Shown: positions 1 through 15,312, counted from the stretch's first letter. The stretch is DNA of 64,000 nucleotides from Eledone cirrhosa (GCA_964016885.1 OZ024749.1:31062001-31126000), one strand, 5' to 3'. Notes: generated by a model from the letters alone, not told the origin. Translations and numbers: made by a program.

Positions 1-154
1 ATAAGAAACACAGCATTATATATTAAATGAATGCAATTAAATTTGATTAGTTTCGAAATGAAGACTTTTAAAATAATTCAAACAAGAAGATATATGAAGC
101 AAATTGTTTTTAAAATCGTTTGTGGTTTTCCTTTATCTTTACCCAGAACGCAAT

Positions 155-337
155 ATTGGCAGTATCGGTAGAGAGTTGGACGCCATGCTTTCTAGCATAG
201 TTACGTCCCTTTACAGTCTGAGTTCAAATCCCGCCGAGGTTAACTTTGCCTTTCATCCTTATGGGGTCGATAAAATAAAGTACCAGTAATACACTGAGAT
301 AATTGCTGGCCTTGTGGTTAAAGTAGAAACAATTATT
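155..337 (+). mobile_element. tRNA-derived SINE (family A), near full length
   Basis: A-box-like TGGCAGTATCGG, B-box GAGTTCAAATCC, conserved core GCCTTTCATCCTTAYGGGGTCGATAAAATAAAGTACCAG, 3' end GCCTTGTG..AAAGTAGAAACAATTATT; about 25 copies in this window. Confidence 0.9.
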
Positions 338-403
338 AATAGAGTTAATAATTTCCTGGCTTAAAACGTCAACTTTAATATCGAAAATAAATAGAATAGG
401 TAT

Positions 404-562
404 AATAATTGTTTCTACTTTAGGCACAAGGCCAGCAATTAACCAGTACATTACTGGTACTTTATTTTATCGACCCCGTAAGGATGAAAGGCAAAGTTAA
501 CCTCGGCGGGATTTGAACTCAGACTGTAAAGGGACGTAACTATGCTAGAAAGCATGGCGTCC
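404..562 (-). mobile_element. SINE family A, 5'-truncated, with TSD
   Basis: Reverse complement of family A; ATAGAATAGGTATAATAATTG repeated at 391 and 563. Confidence 0.9.
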
Positions 563-574
563 ATAGAATAGGTA

Positions 575-703
575 TAATAATTGATTCTAAGTTTGGCACA
601 AGGCCACCAATTACCCAGTGCATTACTGGTACTTTATTTTATCGACCCCGTAAGGATGAAAGGCAAAGTTAACCTCGGCGGGATTTGAACTCAGAATGGC
701 AAG
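575..703 (-). mobile_element. SINE family A, 5'-truncated
   Basis: Matches family A from the 3' tail to just past the B box. Confidence 0.88.
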
Positions 704-868
704 CTGTGTCGCCCATTGCCTTTCCCTTGGACATCATCGGTGGTGTGCAGAAGGGGGACTGGTATGCATGGACGGCTTCGACAAACAACCTTGCCAGGGC
801 TTGTGCCTCGGAGGGTAACTTTCTAGGTGCAAATCCTAGGGTCATTCGTGACCGAAGGGAGTCTTTAC
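704..868 (+). mobile_element. 3' portion of a second SINE family
   Basis: GC-richer block (..AAACAACCTTGCC..GAGGGTAACTTTCTAGGTGCAA..GACCGAAGGGAGTCTTTACC) resembling an octopus SINE 3' region as I recall it; single copy here. Confidence 0.45.
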
Positions 869-989
869 CAGGTGTAGAATTGGGATTATCTTCGTGGAAC
901 GTTAATAATAAGTGGTAAATCAACGGTTCAAGAAGAGAGGCAAGATATACAGTTTTAAGTTATAAATATAACAAGCAATTTAAAGAGCA

Positions 990-1240
990 TCGCTTATTGC
1001 TTCGAGGATTAGGCTCCTGATCAAAGTTTCCTGGTTTACGTAGTGTCCTTTGTGCACTTTAGATCACGTTGCTGCAATTTCTTCAACTGGAAAAAAGGAG
1101 TTTTGCTTATATTTCAAATGGTCAGCCTTATCACACACTCTGTCATTTTGAATCTTCCCGAGAGATATGTGTAGTGTTCATATATCTGTTCCATTCATCA
1201 CATCAAATAGGACACTCACCCTCGAAAGCAAAGGTGGTTC
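990..1240 (+). mobile_element. Degenerate CORE-type SINE
   Basis: GTGTCCTT..CACTTTA..TCACGTTGCT motif shared with 42808-42929. Confidence 0.45.
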
Positions 1241-1536
1241 CACCAAGCATCTGAGGAATAATAAACAGCTATCATATATTTGGAAGCAGATATTTTGTTC
1301 TGTTCTCAGCATAGAACAAAAAATCACATCAACTTAATCCTAAGGAAGACCTCGTTTTGAATAGAAGATCAGAGATATTTTAAACATGCCGTCTCTTCGC
1401 AAAACACCTATTATGAAAACTAACAAATAGCACCTTAAATCGACTGAGAGTACACGAATGCAAACATGCACACATGCACACATATATAGTGCTCACAAAC
1501 ACTCACACACTGTTCACAGACAAACAAAGCACGCAC

Positions 1537-1584
<48 letters not shown>

Positions 1585-1649
1585 ATATATATATATATGA
1601 ATGCACCAATTTACGTCGATATATACGTGTGTACGCACTGATATATATA

Positions 1650-1750
<101 letters not shown>

Positions 1751-2130
1751 TTGTGTGTGAGAGCAATTCCTTGATATTATGAGACGTAGAGGGATCGTAT
1801 TTGACAATGGTGTTGTTGTTGTAGTTGGTATTTCTCTTGTTGCCGCTGCTGTGCATTCCCATTGATACGTTTGTCCGTTATTGGGGCTGCCTTTCTATTT
1901 CTATATGTGTAACAGCAACTGTCATTTTATGTCTGTTTATATATCTTTACACTATTTTGTGTGTATCATTGTGTTTATGTGTGTGTGTGTGTACGTATGT
2001 GCATGCGTGTCGCTTTCAGATGTATATAAATATATATACACACACACACACAAACACACACACATATATATATGTTTATGAATGTGTATATATATATATA
2101 TACAATATATATATATATATATATTTTATG

Positions 2131-2161
<31 letters not shown>

Positions 2162-2280
2162 ATATATACATACAATATATATATATATACATACAATATA
2201 TATATATACATAAAATATATATATATTTATATACATACAAATTTACACATATAGATCTGAAAGCAGACATGCATTACATA

Positions 2281-2402
<122 letters not shown>

Positions 2403-2839
2403 TACACACATATACATATATGTGTATAGCTGCGTGTATCTCTATGCATTTGTTTTGTGTTTCATGCGATTGTATGTGTTTTGTTTGGTTTTCGTTCGCT
2501 TGTCTTCTCGTCTAAACGAGAGAGATATCAATTTACTGTCTGCCATCCATTAAAGACAAAAATCGAAGACGTAGCAAATAAAGAAGCAAATATCAAAATA
2601 AAGATTTCTTGGAGGATTCTATTCAAATATATCAGTTATGTAAATGAATCAGCATGTTTGTGTATCCATGTTGTCGCTTCCCAGAAACTTCTCCATACGT
2701 GAAGTTTTGTCGCCAAACACACAACAACAGAATAAATTGATGTATTTTTAATTTTTCTGTTTGTGATGTAATTAATATTGATCACAAAACAGGCGGGGGT
2801 TTAATCAAATCATTAGAGAGCCATATATATTGTATTTAC

Positions 2840-2932
2840 TGTCCTGCAAGTTCTGATTTCGAAGCCCACCTTGATATGCTTTTTGTTTTCCCAGCATTCA
2901 TTCTCTCCTTTTCTGCGACCACATGATAGCAT
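2840..2932 (-). other. Possible small coding exon (unverified)
   Basis: Minus strand: ctaatatacgtttccag acceptor, open frame (R)CYHVVAEKERMNAGKTKSISRWASKSELAGQ, donors gtgggc (63-bp exon) or gtaaat (93-bp exon); no homolog recognised. Confidence 0.25.
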
Positions 2933-3499
2933 CTGGAAACGTATATTAGATGTTTCCCCAAGGAAGGCTGGTGAAACACACAAATTCTTTTCCACAGGGA
3001 ACATATCGCTCTAATTTACTATGTTCAAATATCGTCCAATTTCACTTTCTATACTATTCAACCTACGATTGGGTAAATAAGGTACCAGCAACATACCACA
3101 GCCGATAACACTTTTCCCATGATTGGAGCCTCGTGTATAACTCAGTTACCAATATATGTTACAATCAGCAATGCTGTCCTTATTTGAAACTTCTATAACC
3201 TTTATGCAGCATTGAATCTGAAAAGACATCTACAAATTTCAAAAAATGGAAGTTGAAACACGACAAAAATTATATAGCACTGGACTAGATGTTTCTATTA
3301 ATTATCTGATGAAGGCATTTTATCTCGAAATATAAAGACCTATAAGGAACAGCATCGTTAACATATCTTTTAGCATTTAGCATCTAATTCACATTGTGTA
3401 AGTTTACAAACAAACCTTTATGTTCTAAATAAACAAGCAAATATAATATAAAACTTATAGACAATTTTACCACATTATGTATAAACCATATAAACCAAA

Positions 3500-3634
3500 G
3501 CATAGTTACGTCCCTTTACGGTCTGAGTTCAAATCCCGCCAAGGTTAACTTTGCCTTTCATCCTTACGGGGTAAAATAAAGTACCAGTAATGTACTGGGT
3601 AATTTGCTGGCCTTGTGCCTAAAGTAGAAACAAA
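3500..3634 (+). mobile_element. SINE family A, 5'-truncated
   Basis: B box, core and tail present; possible TSD TATGTATAAACYATAT on both sides. Confidence 0.88.
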
Positions 3635-4057
3635 TATGTATAAACTATATTATAATTTCTCTTCTAACAGAAATATCTGGTTTGGGCCGAATAGTACGGG
3701 TAACCTTATAGGTAGCCCTATCGATAAGAATCAATATCATACACATACATCGCTGTTAAATTTCTTCCAACTATGTTTGATATTACGGCAATGACGCTTT
3801 CATTCCGAATTAAACGATACATCAAATAGAAGAGAAAGGACATTTAGTTCTAATATTAAACATCAACAGTGGCGATATTTAAGACTAAACAGATTTCTGA
3901 AGTATTTGGTTTTTGGTTTATCATGTGTACATTCTCCATTTTGGCTATTATATGGTAGATAAATAACACTCACTGACATGCATATATCTCTCTCTATATA
4001 TATATATGTATATTAATATTGCCTGAAAATATGGACGTAATCACGAAAGAAAGTGCC

Positions 4058-4324
<267 letters not shown>

Positions 4325-4350
4325 CATATATATATATAATATATATATGA

Positions 4351-4403
<53 letters not shown>

Positions 4404-4861
4404 ATAATATATATATACATATATATATATATATATGTATCTATATATGTATGGATGTAGTATCTGTGTGAGTGTATTTGCATATATATGTGTGTGTTTA
4501 TGTGTGTATATGTATCAGTTTGTGGGAATTACGCATCATGTTATCCGTAAAGTAAACAAGAGTTACGTGTTTATTCATTTATTTTCCATATGATCGTTGC
4601 ACGATTACATTCTACATACAAATCTTATCCAATCCTATTCCACACCCGTACTTTTTGTTTCATTTCATTTGTTCTCTTCTTGCTTTCTTCTCACTACTAA
4701 GATTTCTATATTTTTGTATCAAGTAAAGAAAATAATAGGCATAAAGGAAATAAAACCTTTTCGGGCAGATCATACGTTTTCTTCTTCTTTATCGTGTTTA
4801 TTGTGTAACTATCTATATCTTGTGTCTCCTTATATCTAACTCTCCCTTTGAATCTCTCCCT

Positions 4862-4899
<38 letters not shown>

Positions 4900-4933
4900 T
4901 CTCTTTCTCTTTCCCTTTATATATATGCAGGCG

Positions 4934-4977
<44 letters not shown>

Positions 4978-5031
4978 CACACACGCCATAAATATATATT
5001 TATATATATGTATATATATATATATTACATA

Positions 5032-5120
<89 letters not shown>

Positions 5121-5123
<3 letters not shown>

Positions 5124-5211
5124 TAATAAAAATAATGAAATAAAAACAAAGAACAGGTTCCTTATATTGAAAAATTCACCATTATGTATATATATATAAT
5201 GATGAATTTTT

Positions 5212-5218
<7 letters not shown>
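5121..5218. repeat. Small tail-plus-inverted-repeat insert in (TA)n
   Basis: Arms 5163-5185 and 5196-5218 are reverse complements; about 42 bp unique tail on the left only. Confidence 0.6.
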
Positions 5219-5258
<40 letters not shown>

Positions 5259-5265
5259 TATATAG

Positions 5266-5310
<45 letters not shown>

Positions 5311-5313
5311 GAA

Positions 5314-5352
<39 letters not shown>

Positions 5353-5366
5353 CATATATATATAGA

Positions 5367-5424
<58 letters not shown>

Positions 5425-5446
5425 TTCATATATTTAGAGAGGTAGA

Positions 5447-5534
<88 letters not shown>

Positions 5535-5992
5535 AGAGACAGAGACATAGAGAGTGAGAGAGAGAGAACGCTCCCTACCTCTCTATTCATCACATTGCTC
5601 TCGCTGCAATGCTTTTTCTGTTGCTATATCTTGTTATACGAAAATTATTGTTGACATTCAGTCTTGACAGATTTCTAATATATTGAAAAAGGCATTTAGA
5701 TTTGATACTTAAAAATATGTGTCAATAATCCCCCGTCGATATGTCATCTGCAGACTTCTAACATTGTTTCTTATTTGCTGTAGAGATAAACGTAGGATAT
5801 TCTCACGTCGATATTCCTTCTGTAATTATAACTCAACATTTCAAGTCACGAATAAATGTATAGAACCTATGTTTGTTTTTCTTCCAACCCATCCAAAACT
5901 CCATCTTCAATACTCTTTTTTTTTAAATTCGTGAATTGATCGTATGATGATCGTATGTTATTTCGACTTAACTGGTTGTTTTTGCGGACCTA

Positions 5993-6715
5993 TGTGTGTT
6001 TATGGTGTGTGACATCACGTCTCATCATATAGGTGTATGCTGTGTGTTCTGTGTGTGTATGCTGTGTGCTGTGAGCTCTGTGTGTTTATGGTGTGTGACA
6101 TCACGCCTCATCATATAGGTGTATGCTGTGTGTTATGTGTGTGTATGCTGTGTGCTGTGAGCTCTGTGTGTTTATGGTGTGTGACATCACGCCTCATCAT
6201 ATAGGTGTATGCTGTGTGTTATGTGTGTGTATGCTGTGTGCTGTGAGCTCTGTGTGTTTATGGTGTGTGACATCACGCCTCATCATATAGGTGTATGCTG
6301 TGTGTTATGTGTGTGTATGCTGTGTGCTGTGAGCTCTGTGTTAGGGTGGTGTGTGGCATCACATCTCTACATATCGGTATGTGTTGTGTGCTGTGAGCTC
6401 TCTGTGTGTGCTCTGTGCTGTGTGCCTGGTGCTGTGTGTGCTGTGTGCTGTGCGCTCTGTGCTGTGTGCTCTGTGCTGTGTGTTGTGAGCTCTGTGTGTG
6501 TGCTGCGTGCTGTGTGCTGTGTGTTGTGAGCTCTGTGTGTGTGATGTGTGCTGTGTGTTGTGAGCTCTGTGTGTGTGGTGTGTGCTGTGTGTTGTGTGTT
6601 GTGAGCTCTGTGTGTGTGCTGTGTGTTGTGTGCTGTGAGCGCTGTGTGCTGTGAGCTCTGTGTGCCTCGTGCTGTGTGTGTTGTGTGCTGTATGCTTCAT
6701 GTTCTGTGCTGTGTA
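5993..6715. repeat. 86-bp TG-rich minisatellite decaying into shorter (TGTGC)-like repeats
   Basis: Unit starts at 5993, 6079, 6165 and 6251. Confidence 0.9.
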
Positions 6716-7526
6716 GATTGATGTTGTAGAAAAAAGTGATTGCAGTGTCTGTGACATAGAGTTGATCATGTTTGAGTGAGCTGTGTGCTGTGACCTGCAT
6801 ATTTTGGCATTGTGGACAAAGAGATGATGAGATAGAGATAGAGTGTGTGTGTGCGTGCAGGAAAGAGAGATAGAGGGGAGGAGGGACAGTGTGTGAGTGT
6901 GTGAGACAGAAAAAGATAAAGATAGAGAGATAGTGTGGTGTGTGTGAGAGAAATTGAGAGAGAGAGAGAGAAAGAGATAGAGAAAGAGTGTGTGTGAGAA
7001 ACAGACAAAGTGAGAGAGAGAGAGAGAGAGAGAAAGAGTGTATGCGTGGGAGACAGGAAAAGATAGAGAGGAAGAAATTGCAGATTTTAAAGATACAATA
7101 TCTTTCTCACCTCAGTGGGAAAATCTTTGTGAACAAACAACTGTGAGTGATCGATAAAATAAGCAAATAATCGAATGAATGTATAAATAGAAGCAATAAC
7201 AAAAACGAAGAAAATAAAACTAATTTGAATGAAGAAAAGCAACAACAAAAATCACAACAAATTCTTAACAGAGAAACGTCATACAACTTTATGGAACAAC
7301 GAAAGACTTTGAAAGATATTTGTCGGTTTTAATACGAATTTAGAAATATTAAAGGGGGGAGGGGCACGGATGGGGTGAATTTTAAACAACAATAAAACTT
7401 TGAAATAATATGACATTGAAAATAAGTTTATAATGATTTCTTTCAAACCACTAGGGAAAATACTGGGACAAAACAACACAGTATGTTGGAGTTGGTGGCG
7501 GTGGGGTCCTAATACTAACAAAAAGA

Positions 7527-7716
7527 AATTTTTTTTACTTTTGGGCAAGGCCAGCAATTATCCCAGTGTATTACTGGTACTTTATTTTGTCGGCCACGTA
7601 AGGATGACAGGCAAAGTTAACCTCGGTGGGATTTGAACTCAGTCCGTAAAGGCACGTAACCCTATGTTGCAAAACATGGCGTCCGATCCTTAACGATAAA
7701 CCAATCCACCGCCCTT
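7527..7716 (-). mobile_element. SINE family A, full length, diverged
   Basis: Includes the 5' end (CCAATCCACCGCCCTT on +), B box, core and tail. Confidence 0.85.
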
Positions 7717-7840
7717 AATAAATAATAATATTTGTTTCTGATTTAGGCACAAGGGTAACAATTTTAGCGGAGAAGGGAAATAGTAATATCAATAGTGTAA
7801 ATACCTCTCTCTATCCCTCTCTCTCTATCTATCTATATAT

Positions 7841-8121
7841 ATGTATGTGTGTGTGGGGGGGGGGATGTATGTGTGTGTGGGGGGGGGTGTATGTGTGTGT
7901 ATGTGTGTGGGTGTGTGTGTGTGCGTGTGGGCGTGTGTGTGTGTGTGTGTATGTGTGTGTGTGTGTGTGTGTGCGTGTGGGTGGGTGTGTGTGTGGGCGT
8001 GTGCGTGTGTGTGTGTGGGGGGGTGTATGTGGGGGGTGCGTGCGTGTGTGCGTGTGTGGGTGTGTGTGTGTGTGTGTGCGTGTGTATGTGGGTGTGTGTG
8101 TGTGTATGTGTGTGTGTGTGT

Positions 8122-8162
<41 letters not shown>

Positions 8163-8275
8163 CGTGTGTGTGTGTGTGTGCGTGCGTGTGTGCGTGCGTG
8201 TGTGTGCGTGTGGGTGTGTGTGTGTGTGTGCGTGTGTGTGTGTGTATGTGTGTATGTGTGTGTGTGTGTGTGTGG

Positions 8276-8308
<33 letters not shown>

Positions 8309-8346
8309 GGTGTGTGGGGGGGGGGGGGGGGTGCGTGTGTGTGTGT
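7841..8346. repeat. Compound (GT)n/G-run microsatellite
   Basis: Direct inspection. Confidence 0.95.
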
Positions 8347-8900
8347 TTTTTTAACCGACATATCGTTCTTTTTCTGACTGACAGCCATATAGGTTCTGAA
8401 AGCCGGGCATGTACACACATTATTAATGTATATACTATACAAAAAACAATTTAAAATTGAAAAGAAACAGAATATGGGTCCTCGAAGTTAATACAATACA
8501 TTTGATAAAAATTGGAACTCTTGATACATGAACAAAAGAATACACAGAAATCACTAGCAAGTTTACCAAACATGGATCCTGATATAACTTTGATAGCTAC
8601 ATCTTACGTCATACACTAGACAAGTTCTAATCAATAGCATTAATGTTATAATATTACAAGTATACGACACAATACACTCATACAAACACATACACACATG
8701 CTAAATATTTGTTATATATACATACACACACACATATTTATATATATATATATATATATACATACATATATATATATAAATGAAAATTAGAGTTAAAACT
8801 CCAATTGAAACCCTGTATCTGTTAAGCTCCAATAATATTAGACACACGGTTTACTGTGTTTCTTACTGCATATATATTATATATATATATATATATATAT

Positions 8901-8976
<76 letters not shown>

Positions 8977-8980
8977 ATAT

Positions 8981-9212
<232 letters not shown>

Positions 9213-9349
9213 CTATGTATTACAAGGTATCTATATTCAAAGTTCTCGTTAAATCTTATCATGTTACCTCCGCAACTATGTCTGCTTATACTCTTTACAA
9301 ATTATCGACTGTCAATGTGTGATATGTTTATTATATATATGTGTGTATG

Positions 9350-10002
<653 letters not shown>

Positions 10003-10039
10003 TATATATATATATATATATATAGAATATACATTTATT

Positions 10040-10114
<75 letters not shown>

Positions 10115-10287
10115 AGGGTTGACAGACCCAGCATATTTTTCAATGCCAGTACCGGTTGTATGTCAGCGCACTCCATGGACAATGTAAGATACATTACCAG
10201 AGTATACACAAAGTTATTTGCTTCAACACAACACACGTTAAGCGGGTGCCTATAAGGTTCCTGGACTCGAGTTTCTGTATATATTTA

Positions 10288-10320
<33 letters not shown>

Positions 10321-10766
10321 CAATACATATACACACACACACACACACACATATATATTTATATACACACACACATATATATATACACACACATACACAC
10401 ATATATATATATATATATGGTGGGGCGTTCTGTGTCTGTGTATGCATATACACTTATGTTCCGAAGTACGTTGACTTTACAAGTCCTGGCTCTGATTCGT
10501 GATCCAGGATATGTTTGACATTGACTTGAATGTTGCATTTACATTAGTAATAGATTTTATATTGAAATATCAAAATTTTTAAAGTTTTTTTTTTGTTCTA
10601 AAAATTCGATTTACTAATGCATAAAAATGAAATCCAGCACAAATAATAAAAACTCGATTTAATATAATGTTAGCTAATATAAAATACAATATGACAATGC
10701 AACGAAATAAAGATCTGTTTTATGGTAGAATAGAAAATTACATATATGGTAACATTTCAAAAACAT

Positions 10767-11104
10767 ATTGTTGTTGCTGTCGTTCTTAGTTGAGGCTGTG
10801 GTTGTGGAAAGACTATAAACTACGTTGTTATTCTTATTGTGGTCGTTGCTGGTTGTGTTAAGGCTATGATCATTGATGGTATTGTTGTTGCTGTCGTCCA
10901 TATCCGAGGTTGAGGTTGTGGTTGTGTAAAAACTATAAACTACGTTGTTATTCTTATTGTGGTCGTTGCTGGTTGTGGTAAGGCTATGATCATTGATGGT
11001 ATTGTTGTTGCTGTCGTCCATAGTCGAGGTTGAGGTTGCGGTTGTGGAAAAACCTTAAACGTTGTTGTTATTGTGGTCTTTGCTGGTTGTGGTAAGGTTA
11101 TGAA
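10767..11104 (-). repeat. Approx. 120-bp tandem repeat (about 3 units), opposite strand of the downstream array motif
   Basis: ATTGTTGTTGCTGTCGT recurs at 10767, 10881 and 11001. Confidence 0.85.
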
Positions 11105-11339
11105 GGACAGAAATAAATAGAACGCCAACGATGTTAGCCTTACCACAACCAGCAATGACCACAATAAGAATAACAACAACGTTTATAGTATTTCCACAAC
11201 CACAACCACAACTATGGACGACAGCAACAGCAGTATCAACAACGATCATATTCTTACCACAACCAGAAAATACCACAATAACAACATCAACGATCATATC
11301 CTTACAGGAACCAGCATCGACCATAATAACAAGAACAAC

Positions 11340-12094
11340 AACGTTTGTAACCTTACCACAACCAGCATTCGACCACAATAACAACAACAACAACCTTTGT
11401 AACCTTACCACAAGCACCTACGACCACAATAACAATAACAACAACGTTTGTAACCTTACCACAACCAGCATTCGACCACAATAACAATAAGAACAACCTT
11501 TGTAACCTTACCACAAGCACCTACGACCACAATAACAATAAGAACAACCTTTGTAACCTTACCACAAGCACCTACGACCACAATAACAATAAGAACAACC
11601 TTTGTAACCTTACCACAACCAGCATTCGACCACAATAACAATAACAACAACCTTTGTAACCTTACCACAAGCACCTACGACCACAATAACAATAAGAACA
11701 ACCTTTGTAACCTTACCACAAGCACCTACGACCACAATAACAATAAGAACAACCTTTGTAACCTTACCACAAGCACCTACGACCACAATAACAATAAGAA
11801 CAACCTCTGTAACCTTACCACAAGCACCTACGACCACAATAACAATAAGAACAACCTTTGTAACCTTACCACAAGCACCTACGACCACAATAACAATAAC
11901 AACAACCTTTGTAGCCTTACCACAACCAGCATTCGACCACAATAACAATAACAACAACCTTTGTAACCTTACCACAAGCACCTACGACCACAATAACAAT
12001 AACAACAACCTTTGTAACCTTACCACAAGCACCTACGACTACAATAACAATAACAACAACATTTGTAACCTTACCACAAGCACCTACGACCACA
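11340..12094 (+). repeat. 51/52-bp minisatellite, about 15 copies
   Basis: Unit ACGACCACAATAACAATAAGAACAACCTTTGTAACCTTACCACAAGCACCT (e.g. 11523, 11574). Confidence 0.95.
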
Positions 12095-12474
12095 AAAAAA
12101 AAAATAGATCTGCCACACTGTAAAAAAAAACAAAATATATGAAAAGTAACACCAGAGTTTATAGCCTTCCCACAACCATAACTTCAACTAAGGACTACAA
12201 CAACAATATCAACAGCAATTTAAGCACCGACGGCAACAAAAAATATTAACGATTACTACACAATAATAACAAGTATTGGTGTGTGTGTATACTGAAAAGC
12301 AAATATTATAAATACTGTGAACAAGGAAGGAGTCAAAATTTAATATTCTATGGAGAGGAAACAACCCAACACAACATACACATACACACACATATATATA
12401 TATATACATTGGCATATACATATATATATATATTTACTTACAACCACCTTATATATATATATATATATACAATA

Positions 12475-12522
<48 letters not shown>

Positions 12523-13375
12523 TACATATAAACGCGTGCGTTATCATTTCACGCAGTGGTGTTTCCAATTTGAAAGAAATTTATTTCTCATTTTTAAATA
12601 AATTCTAAATCAAATATTTTGTATTAGTGACGTGGAAATGATAACAGTTTGCGAATATGTTGTTTCGATTCAATTCTACTTTTGATATTAGCTCATATAA
12701 ATATTCCTACTGGATACATATCTAGAATCTAACTTGATTTTTTCAATGGATCTGGGCTGTTTAATATTTATTTACACCGCTATAAAGGGAAATGGAAAAA
12801 TGTTGAAATTAATCCCAGAGAAATTGGATGCAGTAATTTTTCTTTTATTAATATTTTTCCACCTTGCCTGTCTGTAATCATTTATCTTATTATTATTTCT
12901 TTATAGAGAATCTTGAATAACCAATTGTGGCGTGTTTTTACACTAGAAGGAATCTCATGCAAATATGTTTTTGTTTACTAAAACCTGAGTTCGAAACTCA
13001 TCAATATTAAGTTTCGAAACTTTTACTCCAATGACAATAAAATACGTACCAGTAATGTACTGGTTTCAATATAACATATTCTAAGTGATAATATCTATTC
13101 TTGTAGAGACACTGCATAATATGACGGCTGCAGCTTGATATAGTCTGCCCCTCCCATACTGATATTTAGACCGAGACGGTTGGTGGATTTACGAATCATG
13201 AGGTAAGAAATGTGATTGATGTTTGAGGTAGGAATTAAGGGTGATGTCTTGAATCTAGTATAGGTATTTAGTTTGTAATTGGTCTTCATTTATTGAGTGT
13301 ATTGGTTAAGAGTTTGAAATTCGATGGTCTTATCACAGGGTGGTTTGATTATTGACGGAATTCGTTTCAGAATGT

Positions 13376-13546
13376 AGAGCGTCAGGGCACCATGCTTTGC
13401 AACATAGAATTATGGCACTTTATGTTCTGAGTTCAAATCCCGCCGAGGTTAATTTTGCCTTTCATCCGTACGAGTCGATACAATAAAGTACCAGTAATGC
13501 ACTGCGGGACTTACTGGCCTTGTGCCAAAAGTAGAAACAATTATTA
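13376..13546 (+). mobile_element. SINE family A
   Basis: B box, core and tail. Confidence 0.85.
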
Positions 13547-13835
13547 TAAATAGTAGTCTAATGTTCTAATGAAATAGATTTCTATTTTGACCCCATATTT
13601 CTTGTATATTTCCTATTGTATATTGTATATTTCCTCTTGTATATTTCCTATGTAAAGCAGAAACAATTATTTACGTATAAAGACATTTCGTGCTTACTTT
13701 ACCTTTATATCGGCGGATAGATTTAGATGTTTGACAGTCCTGTTTGCTTATTTACATAAATATATTTCAGGGTAGGGAATAACCAGTAGCCAGTAAACAG
13801 TAGCTGATAAGTATATCTTCCATATACAATGTGTA

Positions 13836-14024
13836 TAATAACTGTTACTACTTTTGGCACAAGGCCAGCAATTCCCCCTGCGCATTACTGGTACTTTATT
13901 TTATCGACCCCGTAAGGAGGAAAGGCCAAGTTAACCTCGACAGGATTTGAACTCAGACCACAAAAGGCCGAAACTCTATGCTGCAAAGCATGGCATCCGA
14001 ATCTCTACCGATACTTCCAATCCA
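13836..14024 (-). mobile_element. SINE family A, near full length
   Basis: A box, B box, core and tail on the minus strand. Confidence 0.88.
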
Positions 14025-14622
14025 AAGTCGATAATATGACTATAAGAATCCTTCGACTTGGCACAAGACGTTTTGTTTAAGATAGAAGACTGATTTGTCA
14101 AAATTCATCACACGAGATAGATGAAGTTATATCGGTGAGATTACGGTGATTGTTTGATAACGACGTAGTTTGGGGACCAGTCCCCAGGGCGTCGTATATT
14201 GGGCAAGATCTGTCGATCGTATTAGGTCGTCAAGTATGAAGTTTGTAGGAATTTCCAGAAGGAATGGAAATCTTTACAAATTTCTTACTTGACCATCCAA
14301 TATATATATATTGTACTATCGGGCTGAAGAAGATTTGCTTGCTAGAAATTGAGCTAAAGCCGCTCGCATGTATAGAGTAAATTACACACACACGTGCGCA
14401 CAGATACACGGACACACAAACACACACACATGCCAGGCAGGGAACGAACCAAAGTATCCTCTCCCTGTTTTCCTTCGGCTGTAACGTTTTTCGAAATATT
14501 TACTTCTGCAACCACAGATTGATTTTTTTCGTTTCAGAAGATCCAGTTAAGCGATTCTTTGTTTAAAGTTTAATCTGTTCTTATGAAAAATATTTTCTCT
14601 ACTGGTTTATATATATATATAT

Positions 14623-14818
14623 AACGAAGGAAATGTGGTAAGGTACCAGATGAACCATAACGCAACAATATACTCAATATTTAGCGTAGTAGAGTGGGTA
14701 ATAGGAACAAGTAAGACCCCGACGGCAGAGCTCAAGCCGGTTCGACGGCTAATTCTGGACTGAGTCCAGAATTAGACGGTGAAACGGCTTGAGCTCTGCC
14801 GTCGGGGTCTTACTTGTT

Positions 14819-14821
<3 letters not shown>
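14623..14821. mobile_element. Palindromic PLE-like family P1, copy b
   Basis: 78-bp tail plus arms of about 61 bp (14701-14761 / 14763-14823); flanked by (TA)n. Confidence 0.85.
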
Positions 14822-14881
<60 letters not shown>

Positions 14882-14887
14882 GTATAT

Positions 14888-15082
14888 AACAAAGAAAGTG
14901 TGGTAAGATACCAGGTGGACCATAACGCACCACAGTACTCGATAATAGTAGAGTGGGTAATAGGACAAGAGTCTGGACCACGACGCGTGAGCTCCGGCCG
15001 TTTCGAAAGCTAGATCCGAGTTCGGATCTAGCGGTCGAAACGGCCAGAGCTCCACCACCGTCGGGGTCCTGATTCTTTTCCT
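14888..15082. mobile_element. Palindromic family P1, copy c (distinct subfamily)
   Basis: Same tail and GAAACGGC..GTCGGGGTC motif; different centre GCTAGATCCGAGTTCGGATCTAGC. Confidence 0.8.
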
Positions 15083-15088
15083 ATATAT

Positions 15089-15124
<36 letters not shown>

Positions 15125-15125
<1 letters not shown>

Positions 15126-15311
15126 ACGAAGGAAATGTGGTAAGGAACCAGGTGGACCATAACGCACCAAAGTACTCAATACTTAGGGTAGTACAGTGGG
15201 TAATAGGAACGAGTAGGACCCCGACTGCTGAGCTCAAGCCGTTTCGACGGCTAATTCTGAATTAGCCGTCGAAACGGCTTGAGCTCAGCCCGTTGGGGTC
15301 CTACTCGTTCC

Positions 15312-15312
<1 letters not shown>
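15125..15312. mobile_element. Palindromic family P1, copy d
   Basis: Tail plus inverted arms with the shortest centre AATTCTGAATT. Confidence 0.85.

Noticed and set aside
155-240. tRNA gene
   Set aside because: A and B boxes belong to the SINE head; no cloverleaf
3298-3345. Hammerhead at CTGATGAaggcattttatctcGAAA
   Set aside because: Helix II barely pairs and no helix III/NUH or helix I partner; at most a decayed remnant
14318-14365. Hammerhead at CTGAAGA..GAAA
   Set aside because: Helices I, II and III cannot be formed convincingly
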